From Candidatus Heimdallarchaeota archaeon (GTDB taxonomy: Archaea > Asgardarchaeota > Heimdallarchaeia > Heimdallarchaeales > Heimdallarchaeaceae), in assembly GCA_019057815.1 (NCBI GenBank), contig JAHLWR010000006.1, positions 32,001-96,000 on the forward strand: DNA of 64,000 nucleotides. The letters run 5' to 3'. The notes beneath the pieces were generated by a model. The model did not search any database and was not told the origin of the DNA. It saw nothing but the letters and a program-made list of their open reading frames with translations. Both the position numbers and the translations under genes were made by a program. Of this stretch, positions 19,753-28,882 are shown piece after piece (the first letter of the stretch is position 1; the number at the start of each line of letters is the position of its first letter).

Positions 19753-20520
19753 TTACATTTTCTCGTTTTTCACCGGAAAGTAGAGTGGATAAATAAGTCT
19801 CGCAAAGTTCTGATATGCTTCCACACTATAATCATTTTCATTGAGTAAAACTTCAAGTTTAATAATTTCATATTCGCTGTAGCCACGCATTTCAGGGAAA
19901 AGGTTTGAATCACCGAAGTCGAATATTTTGTAAACTACATCTTTTAACTCACCTAATTCTACATATGCTTCAACAAGTAAGTGAATGTGAGGTGTAAGTT
20001 GTTCTAGTTGGTTATCTTCTTTTACCGATTTTGCAATTCGAATGATTGAATGTATAGCTGCTCTACGTGTGATGTAATCCTTCACGTAAATGACATTTTT
20101 AAGTGAATATAAAACATCCACATCATCAAGAAAACCTATAGATCTAATTGCTGCATACTGTAAATCATAATCACTTTCTTCTAGAATTTTGGCTATAATT
20201 TCTTTTGAAGAATAATCTTGCATTTTACCTAGAACTTCTAATACAACAAGTTTAACTGATAAAGAAGATATATTGATTAAATCGTGAAGGTGGTTAAGAG
20301 TGTTCCCTTTATGTTCAGGATAAACTTCTATCAGTTCTAGCAACGTAGAAGCTGCAGCGTTTCTAACATTCCAATCACTATCATGAAGGAAAGTATAAAC
20401 TAAATTTAAATCAGTTTCTTTTCCTTTTTCTTTCAAATAAAACAAAACTTTGAGCCGATTTAAAGCGTTTTCATTATCTTTTTTACGAAGAATAATTCGG
20501 CGTTTTAGGAAGTTAAACAT
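19753..20520 (-). CDS. HEAT-repeat protein
   Basis: Repeats LHDSDWNVRNAAASTL / SLSVKLVVLEVLGKM / DYDLQYAAIRSIG / DYITRRAAIHSI. Confidence 0.8.
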   Translation of the reverse strand: MFNFLKRRIILRKKDNENALNRLKVLFYLKEKGKETDLNLVYTFLHDSDWNVRNAAASTLLELIEVYPEHKGNTLNHLHDLINISSLSVKLVVLEVLGKMQDYSSKEIIAKILEESDYDLQYAAIRSIGFLDDVDVLYSLKNVIYVKDYITRRAAIHSIIRIAKSVKEDNQLEQLTPHIHLLVEAYVELGELKDVVYKIFDFGDSNLFPEMRGYSEYEIIKLEVLLNENDYSVEAYQNFARLIYPLYFPVKNEKM

Positions 20521-20532
20521 AATTTTCCCTGC

Positions 20533-22083
20533 TTATAAATTATATAACCCTTCTTTGATAAGATAGGCTATTGCTCCTCTTTGTGGTTGCGTTAGTTTCT
20601 TCAAGTATGTGTAATCAATGTTTTCAACAACTGTCTGTTCCTTTTCTTCATCTAAGTCTGATATATATGCATCTTTTCTCTTTGATACTTGAACTGCTCT
20701 TGTCACAACGGGAAGATTGTAAGGACTTAGAGGTTGTTGTTTACCTATTTTATGTACTGCAAAGAGAGTTGCAACATGCATTCCTCCAATTTTCTTAATG
20801 GTAATAATATCAGCAAAAGCCGGTAAAATTGTTCGAAAGTCCTCTCTGTATAAAACCATATGATTATGGAGTATCACAAGCTGATCCAAACCTATACCGT
20901 GATCATTAACCTCAAACACATAGACTTTCTTTTCATCAGCATTAACATAACCTTTCGAAGATATTCTAGGGTTATCATCAAGTAGTTGTCCAAAGGTTCC
21001 ATATTTCTTTCGATAAGTTTTTTTGATGTAATTATCTATTAAATTCCAACCATAAGCGTAAATTGACCAAATGTCAGTATAGTGGCTTTTAGTTGTATGC
21101 CATGAATCAACGACAGTTTCAGAGTGGGAGTTCTTTTGAGTTGATAACCAATCTTTAAACTCATTCCAAGTAAAGTTTTCGAAGAATTCTAAGTCTGTTT
21201 TGAAACTAAATAGCTTTTCAAAAAGTTCTTTTTCATCACGTAGTTTTACAGCCAATTTGTCAACAAGGAATAGACTAAAAACCCCAATGGGTGGGGCCAT
21301 GTACCCTTTCAATTCTTTTAGATGCTCCTTTGGTGAGTATTCTTTACTCTCCTTTAAGTATTCTATGTGCTTTCGTTGAATATAAAAAGCAAAACCTTCT
21401 TCAACAAAATCATGTAAGTGCTTTTTTCTTGCAACATTTGCTCTTTCTTTGAGAACATTTATAGCTTCTATTGAAAAATTATTAAACAATGTATATTTTC
21501 GGGCATCTTCTGGAGGTTGATAAAAATCTTCAATCCCCGCCTCTGTAAATAATCTGATAACCGCAACTAAATCCTGATAGTATTGCCAAGCCCACATATG
21601 TTTTTTTTCAGATAAATCATTGAGTCTAAAAGCATTATTTTGGAATAGTTCCTTCAATATTATGTCAAATTGGTATAACTTAGCCAGTGTTCGAGCACTA
21701 TTCGATGAAGATTTTTCATTCATATATGTGTGTGCAAATGCATGCACTAACATTACCCGCAGAGTGTACTTTTGCTCATTAGAAAGTTCATAATTTGGAA
21801 CAGAAAGATAAATTAAAGTTGGTAAGGAATTGAATGTTGTTTCTTTTCCAATGGGCATGAACTCACTTACTCTCGCAGATCGCAGATGAGTTATCTCTTC
21901 AGCGGAAAGAATTGCTACTGGAGTACCAGAAGATTCTAACACTCTATTAACAGAAATGTGTATCTCAGGATTAAGAAAAACAAGCACTCTATAATTCTCT
22001 GGAGTGTCTTCAACAAGAGTTTTGAAATCTTCTCTCGCTTTCTGATAAACGGTAATTATGTCAGCTAATTCAGTTTTAAGCAT
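20533..22083 (-). CDS. Hypothetical protein with zincin/SpoVR-like HxxxH and EEGFA motifs (catalytic Glu absent)
   Basis: VMLVHAFAH (H114/H118) and VEEGFAFY (E228-G230); overlaps the vWA gene by 8 bp. Confidence 0.55.
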   Translation of the reverse strand: MLKTELADIITVYQKAREDFKTLVEDTPENYRVLVFLNPEIHISVNRVLESSGTPVAILSAEEITHLRSARVSEFMPIGKETTFNSLPTLIYLSVPNYELSNEQKYTLRVMLVHAFAHTYMNEKSSSNSARTLAKLYQFDIILKELFQNNAFRLNDLSEKKHMWAWQYYQDLVAVIRLFTEAGIEDFYQPPEDARKYTLFNNFSIEAINVLKERANVARKKHLHDFVEEGFAFYIQRKHIEYLKESKEYSPKEHLKELKGYMAPPIGVFSLFLVDKLAVKLRDEKELFEKLFSFKTDLEFFENFTWNEFKDWLSTQKNSHSETVVDSWHTTKSHYTDIWSIYAYGWNLIDNYIKKTYRKKYGTFGQLLDDNPRISSKGYVNADEKKVYVFEVNDHGIGLDQLVILHNHMVLYREDFRTILPAFADIITIKKIGGMHVATLFAVHKIGKQQPLSPYNLPVVTRAVQVSKRKDAYISDLDEEKEQTVVENIDYTYLKKLTQPQRGAIAYLIKEGLYNL

Positions 22084-23461
22084 TTAGAATACTCTCCCTT
22101 AGTATCTGTTCTCCTAGCTGCTTTATTTGCGCTGGGTCAATCAAGATTGGTCTAGTAATACCTTTTAACATTCTTTTTGTGTGGCTGTAGATTTCTCTTT
22201 TCCTTAGTGCTTCGGTTCCCATCAAAAAGTAACTAATGTTCCAGTTTCTAGCGTGATCTCTCTTTAGATTTTGAAAAATACCATTTAATTGCACTAAACA
22301 TTCGATTGTTTCTAGTTTTGTTTTTGTATCTATTTCATTGAAATAACGTTTGAGGTCAGAACTAGTTTTATGTTTAAATGGATATGTTGGGACATTTGGC
22401 ATACCGTCTGTTACTATTGTAAATTGAACATCTATATTTTTCTCATTATACTGCTTCTTAGCGTGTTTAATTGCTTGGAGAACACTTTGAACTGTATATG
22501 TTTTTCCTTTAGCTTTTGCGCTTAATAACAAATTCTCCATCTTGTAGTCATCATCAACAACGAATGGATTGTTTGTGATAGGTACAACTGCTAGCTTAAA
22601 CATGTCGTAACGTTTCCTTTTCCTGCGATTTAATATTTTAAAGTAATAATACAGACTTAAAGATGTTAATAAGGCTCCATCAAGACGCGACATACCGCCT
22701 TCAAAAACTGCTTTTTGCATGGATTGGCTCAAGTCTACAATGAAATAAACAAGACTTTTTCGATCTTTTTTTACTCGTATAATGTCTTCTTGTTTGACAC
22801 TAGTTGGTGGAATGCTTTTTGAACTCAGAATTGCACTTTTATATGTTTCCTTCAATTTTATTGTTCCACGAGGACGCTTTTGAACATCATCGATTGGTGA
22901 AACATTTATTTGCTTCATTAAATAGTTACCAAGAAGTTTTCCTAGAACTTCCATCACGTCTTCTCGGCTAATTCTTTTTTTCCTCCCAAAAGCATCAGTG
23001 ATTTCAAGATCAACTATTTCTCTAAGTTCTTTCAGCTTTTCAGCGAGCATCTGTAAATCTGCAAATCCTTCGTATTTTAAGTCATGAAGGAGTGTATTAA
23101 TGTACTTCATAATATCTTCAACCGTCTGAAGTTCATTTCTATTAACTCTTTCAAGCACATCTGGAAGAATTCTGTCCCCTATAAAACGTAATAATTTGAG
23201 TTCATTAACAAGCCTTTCTTCCTCAGCTTGTGTTAAGTGGGTTGTCATTATTTTTTGAGCTATGTTAGCTATAGCTACAGCATTTTTAGCTCCTAAAGAT
23301 AGTACAGCTCCTTCACGTGAACTACGACCCAGATGTGGGTTCCTCCAAAGTCTCAGGAGCTGTGCAGCACCTTCCCAATCGAGAATAAATTCTGCATCAC
23401 CAAAGTTTTGTAATGGGTCCCGAAACTCCGATTCTGTAAGAAGGAAAATACGGTGAGGCAT
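22076..23461 (-). CDS. vWA (MIDAS) domain protein, AAA+ partner
   Basis: FIVDLSQSM (DxSxS), GKTYT (T), IVTDGMPN (D) after an N-terminal helical region. Confidence 0.88.
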   Translation of the reverse strand: MPHRIFLLTESEFRDPLQNFGDAEFILDWEGAAQLLRLWRNPHLGRSSREGAVLSLGAKNAVAIANIAQKIMTTHLTQAEEERLVNELKLLRFIGDRILPDVLERVNRNELQTVEDIMKYINTLLHDLKYEGFADLQMLAEKLKELREIVDLEITDAFGRKKRISREDVMEVLGKLLGNYLMKQINVSPIDDVQKRPRGTIKLKETYKSAILSSKSIPPTSVKQEDIIRVKKDRKSLVYFIVDLSQSMQKAVFEGGMSRLDGALLTSLSLYYYFKILNRRKRKRYDMFKLAVVPITNNPFVVDDDYKMENLLLSAKAKGKTYTVQSVLQAIKHAKKQYNEKNIDVQFTIVTDGMPNVPTYPFKHKTSSDLKRYFNEIDTKTKLETIECLVQLNGIFQNLKRDHARNWNISYFLMGTEALRKREIYSHTKRMLKGITRPILIDPAQIKQLGEQILRESILNA

Positions 23462-23487
23462 CTTTGTTTGTCACCCTTATGGATTTT

Positions 23488-25032
23488 TTATATATAATCA
23501 ACTTTTAATAACTGCTCATAGCTTGACTTAAGATTTTCAACTATAGCAGGAATCTCTTCAGTTTTGTAATAACGTTCTAGATTTTCATATTTAACAATTA
23601 AACCAGAAAGTTCTTTGTCACTTAAAGCTTTCATTTTTGATATATCTTCACTTATATCCTCTGCTTTGACTGCGATTTCAGACTCTTTGATATTGCTTCT
23701 CAAGTGTATTTTTATCTCTTGTAAAGCATCATTAATCATTGAAACAGGAATGTCATAATCATTAATTATCTGTCTTACATGTTCCAAAGATATTATATTG
23801 AAACCATCATCGTCAACATCTTTTGTTCGATTGAGTAGAACGCTACCAACAATGTTTGAAGTAGTACGAAGGTCTATATGGGGATTACGTTGAGGATCGT
23901 GAATTTCATCAAGACCTGCATAGAAATCAAGTCTTTGAACACGGCTTTCTGATCTTATCCCTCCACGCTTTAATGAAGGGGGGAGCGAATTGTTTCCAAT
24001 AAACGATAGAAAATCAATTGCTAACCGACTAACATAATCTTTTACGCTTCTTTCTCTTTCATATAACTGGAGAAGTGCAGGATTTGCAGTAATTCTCTGT
24101 CTCGAAAGAATTACTTGCTCAACAAACATATCTCTAACAATTTGGTTACGATTTTCAACTGACCTTGCTGGCCAAAGAACTTCGGGAATACGGTTAATAA
24201 TAGGTTGGGATTCTTCTCCAAATACTGTTAATGGGGCATTTGAGGTGAATATAACTGCACCATCTATATACACAGGTTCACCTTGAATATTATATTTAAC
24301 AGAGCTTGTGTCTTCTAAGAAACCCATTAGTGATTCCAACAACGATAGTGGTAATCTTTGAATTTCATTTACTACAATAAAACCTTGGCTGAGTACACCA
24401 ACTTTATGCGAAGTAGCAGTGTACGTTGTACTAGTTTCTTTGCCAAAAAGTTCTTCGAGATTTTCAACACCAGCTAAAAGCATGTAAAGACTCTCTGGAT
24501 CAGTACGAGGATCCAATTGTGCTTTACGAACAATCGTTTTTTCAACTGCTAGTTCCTTTAACCTTTCAACAAACATAGCAGGTTTTATTTGGAGTATACT
24601 ACTAGTATCATCTAATAGTACCCCTTCTCCCAAAACTTTCTCAATATTAGCTCTACAGAATGGGCATAATGATTGTAAAACCCTTATACTACCAAAAGGA
24701 TTAGCTTCGAAATCTTCAATGATATTGATGATATAACCAGCATCTTCAAGAAATGGACATTCAGCAATGTGTTGCTTGGAATTGTTTATTTCTCTGACAA
24801 TGTGATCAAGAAGTATTCGTGCAAACATTGATTTTCCTTCACTTGTTACACCAGTTATCAGTACTTTTCCTCCAACTGCTAATTTATCCATTATGAGATT
24901 CTTAGCATCTATGTTTCCTCTAACACTTGGATCATTTATTACTCTTTTACGAAATTCTTGATCCATTAAAATATGTCTAACTGAATAACCTTTGTAGCCA
25001 TCTTCAATTAATTTAGCAACTGTATGTGTCAT
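23488..25032 (-). CDS. AAA+ ATPase of the Mg-chelatase/MoxR (helix-2-insert) clade
   Basis: Walker A GVTSEGKS, CPF..CPFC insert, Walker B GFIVVNE, sensor-1 FTSN, Arg finger PIINR. Confidence 0.85.
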   Translation of the reverse strand: MTHTVAKLIEDGYKGYSVRHILMDQEFRKRVINDPSVRGNIDAKNLIMDKLAVGGKVLITGVTSEGKSMFARILLDHIVREINNSKQHIAECPFLEDAGYIINIIEDFEANPFGSIRVLQSLCPFCRANIEKVLGEGVLLDDTSSILQIKPAMFVERLKELAVEKTIVRKAQLDPRTDPESLYMLLAGVENLEELFGKETSTTYTATSHKVGVLSQGFIVVNEIQRLPLSLLESLMGFLEDTSSVKYNIQGEPVYIDGAVIFTSNAPLTVFGEESQPIINRIPEVLWPARSVENRNQIVRDMFVEQVILSRQRITANPALLQLYERERSVKDYVSRLAIDFLSFIGNNSLPPSLKRGGIRSESRVQRLDFYAGLDEIHDPQRNPHIDLRTTSNIVGSVLLNRTKDVDDDGFNIISLEHVRQIINDYDIPVSMINDALQEIKIHLRSNIKESEIAVKAEDISEDISKMKALSDKELSGLIVKYENLERYYKTEEIPAIVENLKSSYEQLLKVDYI

Positions 25033-25066
25033 GCGCCTATCAACCTTTTTTTTTCAATTGTAAATT

Positions 25067-25675
25067 TTATTTTTGAGAATCTTGTAAATCCTCTTCAATA
25101 ACTATTTCAACGCGTTTTTTTGCGCGTTTTTCTAATAATTTTTCTTTTTTCATCCAATCCTTTTTCCAGCCTAACCTAATTACATCCTTGAGCCAGTTCA
25201 TAGCTTCAAGAAGTTCCGAAACCTCTGGTGTTTCAAATATTTGCCAGTTTCTATCAGTAAGTCGAATAAGCGAGAGGTTTTCTATGAGTTCTCCTCGAGA
25301 TAGTGCACCTTGAAGGTTTGAGTTGTAGGAACATATTGCAATTGGAAGATTCTTAGTGTTTTCAGACCAAAGTAGTTTCTCCCATAAGAAAATTCTTTCA
25401 TATTTAATCATATCTTCTTTTGATGCATCAATGAGATAAAGTATGCCTTCGAATGGTTCAAACAAATTTGGTTTGAACTTAAATCTTTCGTTTATTGGTA
25501 ATTTATTGAGGGAGTCATCGATAATAAAATCAGATGTTGGAGCATGTGTATTTAAAAGGCGAACTCTGTTGCGCGTTGCAGGATTAGAACAACCAATAAT
25601 TAGTATAGAAACCTCTGGTTTACCTAATTTTCTACGTAATTTCTGTTTTAAAGATGATTTGGTCATGCTAGTCAT
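25067..25675 (-). CDS. Arf/Sar1-like small GTPase-fold protein with degenerate G motifs (pseudoGTPase)
   Basis: Collinear with Arf: EVSILIIG, GILYLIDAS, PIAIC, LSLIRLTDRNWQIFET, LLEAMNWL; G1 reads GCSNPATR and G4 reads YNSN. Confidence 0.75.
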   Translation of the reverse strand: MTSMTKSSLKQKLRRKLGKPEVSILIIGCSNPATRNRVRLLNTHAPTSDFIIDDSLNKLPINERFKFKPNLFEPFEGILYLIDASKEDMIKYERIFLWEKLLWSENTKNLPIAICSYNSNLQGALSRGELIENLSLIRLTDRNWQIFETPEVSELLEAMNWLKDVIRLGWKKDWMKKEKLLEKRAKKRVEIVIEEDLQDSQK

Positions 25676-25804
25676 TGGGTCTCGCTATTGTGCAAAGACT
25701 ATAAATGTTTAAGAATGTTATGTCACCAAACTCATAAGTGTACAGACTAGTTCAATCAATCTGTAATGGGTTTTACTTCCCATATTTGTAGAGGAGAAAA
25801 AAAC

Positions 25805-26305
25805 ATGCTATATAAACAAAAGATTCTCAATGTTGTTGTTGCTGGTATTAATAATGAAGACAAATGGCTACTAATTAAGCGTAAAAAAGGGGATTACCAA
25901 GATAAGTGGGCACTTGTTGGGGGAAAAATGGAATTTGGTGAAACAATTAAACAAGCTATACTGAGAGAAATTAGAGAAGAGACAGGATTAAACGTCGTTT
26001 GGAATGGAGTAAAGGCTCTAATTAATGAAAGATTACTAGAGAAAGAATCAGGACAACAAACGAAACATTTTCTAATAATATTATGCCACACTGTTACTGA
26101 AACTGGAAAAGTGAAACCTACAGATGAAGGGTTATTACAATGGTTTAGTTTAGATGAGATTAGAACAATAGAAGAACAAATAATTCCTTCTGATTTTTAT
26201 ATGATAACAGAGTTGTTAATTGCACAAAACATGAGTGGAATTATTGAAATTGACTTGGAACAGGAAGAAGGAAATCTAGAATTAAGTAAACTAAGTATTT
26301 ATTAA
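25805..26305 (+). CDS. NUDIX hydrolase (MutT-like)
   Basis: Nudix box [24 protein letters not shown]; ATG 25805 follows GAGGAG. Confidence 0.92.
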   Translation: MLYKQKILNVVVAGINNEDKWLLIKRKKGDYQDKWALVGGKMEFGETIKQAILREIREETGLNVVWNGVKALINERLLEKESGQQTKHFLIILCHTVTETGKVKPTDEGLLQWFSLDEIRTIEEQIIPSDFYMITELLIAQNMSGIIEIDLEQEEGNLELSKLSIY

Positions 26306-26323
26306 AGAAGGTAAAAGAAGGTA

Positions 26324-27286
26324 ATGAAATTGGATGTCAAAAAAGAAGTTTTAGACGCGGAAATACGCATAAGAGACTATATAAGAGAAACTCCAATCGA
26401 ATATTCCCCTTTTCTAAGTAAAAAGGGGAAAGGAAAAGTTTTTCTTAAACTGGAAAATTTTCAGATAACAAGTTCTTTTAAATTACGTGGCGCGTTAAAT
26501 AAACTTCTATTTTTTAAGGAACAAGGCATTAAAGAAGGTTTTATCACTGCTTCAACAGGTAACCACGGGGCCGCATTTGCTTATTCATTGGAAAAGCTTG
26601 GATTGTCTGGGTCTATCTATTTACCTAAAACCACTTCACCTGCTAAACTCGAAGCTCTACGGGATTATAACGTGGAACTAAAATATTATGGAAATGATTG
26701 TATTGATACTGAAAAATATGCTAAAAAAGTAGCAGAAAACGAAAATAAACATTATATTTCTCCCTACAACGACCCACAAATCATTGGTGGTCAGGGAACA
26801 ATAGGAATAGAACTTGAGAGACAACTTGATGTCTTAGATGCTGTTTTTGTTCCTATAGGTGGAGGAGGGTTGATTTCTGGTGTTGGAGGATATCTCAAAT
26901 CTATTAATAATGGTATTGAAATCGTTGGATGTCAACCACTAAACTCTCCTGTTATGTATGAATCTCTGAGAAAAGGGCAAGTTATTGATATGGAATCAAA
27001 ATCTACTCTCTCTGATGGCACTGCTGGGGGTATAGAAAAAGATTCAGTAACTTTTGATATATGCAAGCAGAGTGTTGATAATTTTGAACTTGTTTCCGAA
27101 GAAGAAATAAAAAGAGCTATACATCTGGTTTTTGAAAAACACTTTATGACTGTTGAAGGAGCTGCAGCTCTTACTGTTGCCTCGTTCATCAAAAGAGAAG
27201 AACAGTATTCAGAACAAAACGTAGTTTTAATAGTTAGTGGAGCTAAAATAAGCTTGGATGTAATGAAAAAAGTTTTTTGTAAATAG
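26324..27286 (+). CDS. ilvA: PLP-dependent threonine/serine dehydratase
   Basis: LKLENFQITSSFKLRGA, ASTGNHG, PIGGGGLISG. Confidence 0.85.
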   Translation: MKLDVKKEVLDAEIRIRDYIRETPIEYSPFLSKKGKGKVFLKLENFQITSSFKLRGALNKLLFFKEQGIKEGFITASTGNHGAAFAYSLEKLGLSGSIYLPKTTSPAKLEALRDYNVELKYYGNDCIDTEKYAKKVAENENKHYISPYNDPQIIGGQGTIGIELERQLDVLDAVFVPIGGGGLISGVGGYLKSINNGIEIVGCQPLNSPVMYESLRKGQVIDMESKSTLSDGTAGGIEKDSVTFDICKQSVDNFELVSEEEIKRAIHLVFEKHFMTVEGAAALTVASFIKREEQYSEQNVVLIVSGAKISLDVMKKVFCK

Positions 27287-27401
27287 ATTTAGATATTTTC
27301 AAATAGTTTGTGAATTAGGTTTATGAACTACACCACCTAAAGGGAGATAATTTATACTGTGTTCAGTAAAACATATTTAATGTAAAGATAATGATAGACA
27401 A

Positions 27402-28316
27402 ATGAAAGCTATAGAAAATATGATAGAATTAATTGGTAACACACCTTTGTTGAGATTACGAAAAGTTTTTCCTGATTCCAAAATTTTTGGAAAGTGTGAA
27501 TTTATGAATCCGTTAAGCTTGAAGGATCGACCAATTTTACAGATTTTCAAAGATGCTGAAGACGCAAGTAAATTGAAACCCGGTGATACCGTAATTGAAT
27601 GTACAAGTGGTAACACAGGAATGGCTGTTGCTTTCATTTCAACCATTAAAGGTTATCATGCTGTTTTAGTGATGTCTGAAATCCAAAGTATTGAAAGACG
27701 TCAGATTCTGAGAGCGTTAGGAGCCGAGTTGATTCTTACTCCTGCTGAACTTGGAACTGAAGGAGCAAGACAAAAATTAAAAGAGATACTCGAAGAACAT
27801 CCCGATTATTTCTATGTTGGACAACATATTAATTCCTCCAACCCAAAGGCTCATTATTTGACTACAGGACCAGAAATATGGACAGATACTGAAGGTAAAA
27901 TAGATATTTTAATTGCTGGATTAGGTACTGGTGGAACAATATGTGGTGCAGGGAAGTATTTAAAAGAAAAAAATCCCAATATTCGTCTTCTAGCCGTTGA
28001 GCCTTTTGAATCACCATATATTTCGAAGGGAATCTTTCATCCCCACATGATTATGGGTACAGCACCTGGTTTTTTCCCAAAAATACTAGATGTAGAGATA
28101 ATTGATGAAATTGTTTTAATAAAACAGGAAGATGCCTTTCAGATGTGTAGAGACATTGCAAGAAGAGAAGGATTATTAGTAGGTATTAGTTCTGGAGCTG
28201 TTTGCAAAGCTGCAGAGAAAATTCTTCAATACACAGAGAATAAAGATAAAATTATCGTTGTTGTATTGGCTGATACTGGACAGCGTTATTTAAGTGTTGA
28301 AGGGTTGTTTGGGTAA
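27402..28316 (+). CDS. cysK: Cysteine synthase (O-acetylserine sulfhydrylase family)
   Basis: IGNTPL, NPLSLKDR, TSGNTG, GLGTGGT, GISSGA, DTGQRYLS. Confidence 0.88.
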   Translation: MKAIENMIELIGNTPLLRLRKVFPDSKIFGKCEFMNPLSLKDRPILQIFKDAEDASKLKPGDTVIECTSGNTGMAVAFISTIKGYHAVLVMSEIQSIERRQILRALGAELILTPAELGTEGARQKLKEILEEHPDYFYVGQHINSSNPKAHYLTTGPEIWTDTEGKIDILIAGLGTGGTICGAGKYLKEKNPNIRLLAVEPFESPYISKGIFHPHMIMGTAPGFFPKILDVEIIDEIVLIKQEDAFQMCRDIARREGLLVGISSGAVCKAAEKILQYTENKDKIIVVVLADTGQRYLSVEGLFG

Positions 28317-28521
28317 GCTTCTTTATTATAAGTGGTCCACATTACATCTTTGATACTTAGATCAATTTCTTCTTCGAGACCTTCCGGATTATGTTTGATT
28401 TTGTAATTTGATATAAACTGATAAGTGATTTACATTTATTGATATTTCATTTTCAACAATCATTTGGACTGTTCAATTGTATTAACTTTGTAATACACGT
28501 TTTTATTAGATACAAATATTA

Positions 28522-28731
28522 TTGTTGGATGTGGAGTTTCTTAACTACTTTGATGTTCAAAGCGAAGAAATTGAAAACAAAGATGTCAGAAACTACTTAA
28601 AAAAACTCTATCAAGAAATTAGTGCTCCAAAAGGAAAAGTTTCCTCTTGGCAGATACTTTCTCATCCGGACGAAGGCATGAAGCGGATTTCAGTAATTTA
28701 CGATGTAGAAGGAATAAAAAATCTGAAATAA
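28522..28731 (+). CDS. Small hypothetical protein
   Basis: Free-standing 69-aa ORF with protein-like composition, co-oriented with its neighbours. Confidence 0.5.
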   Translation: MLDVEFLNYFDVQSEEIENKDVRNYLKKLYQEISAPKGKVSSWQILSHPDEGMKRISVIYDVEGIKNLK

Positions 28732-28882
28732 AAGTTGTATTTTCAGCTTTAACATTATGTTTAACAACATTTTTTTGTAAATCATTAAAATAACCTTAAA
28801 TTGAAGATAAAACTTCACTTCTTTTTAAGGTGAAATCATTCTGTTGAATAAGCAGACTTTTCAATCTGAAAGAGAGGTGAAA

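Noticed and set aside
22076-25032. Magnesium/cobalt chelatase (BchI/BchD) annotation
   Set aside because: No BchH/CobN or tetrapyrrole genes nearby; NE Walker B and operon partners point to another function
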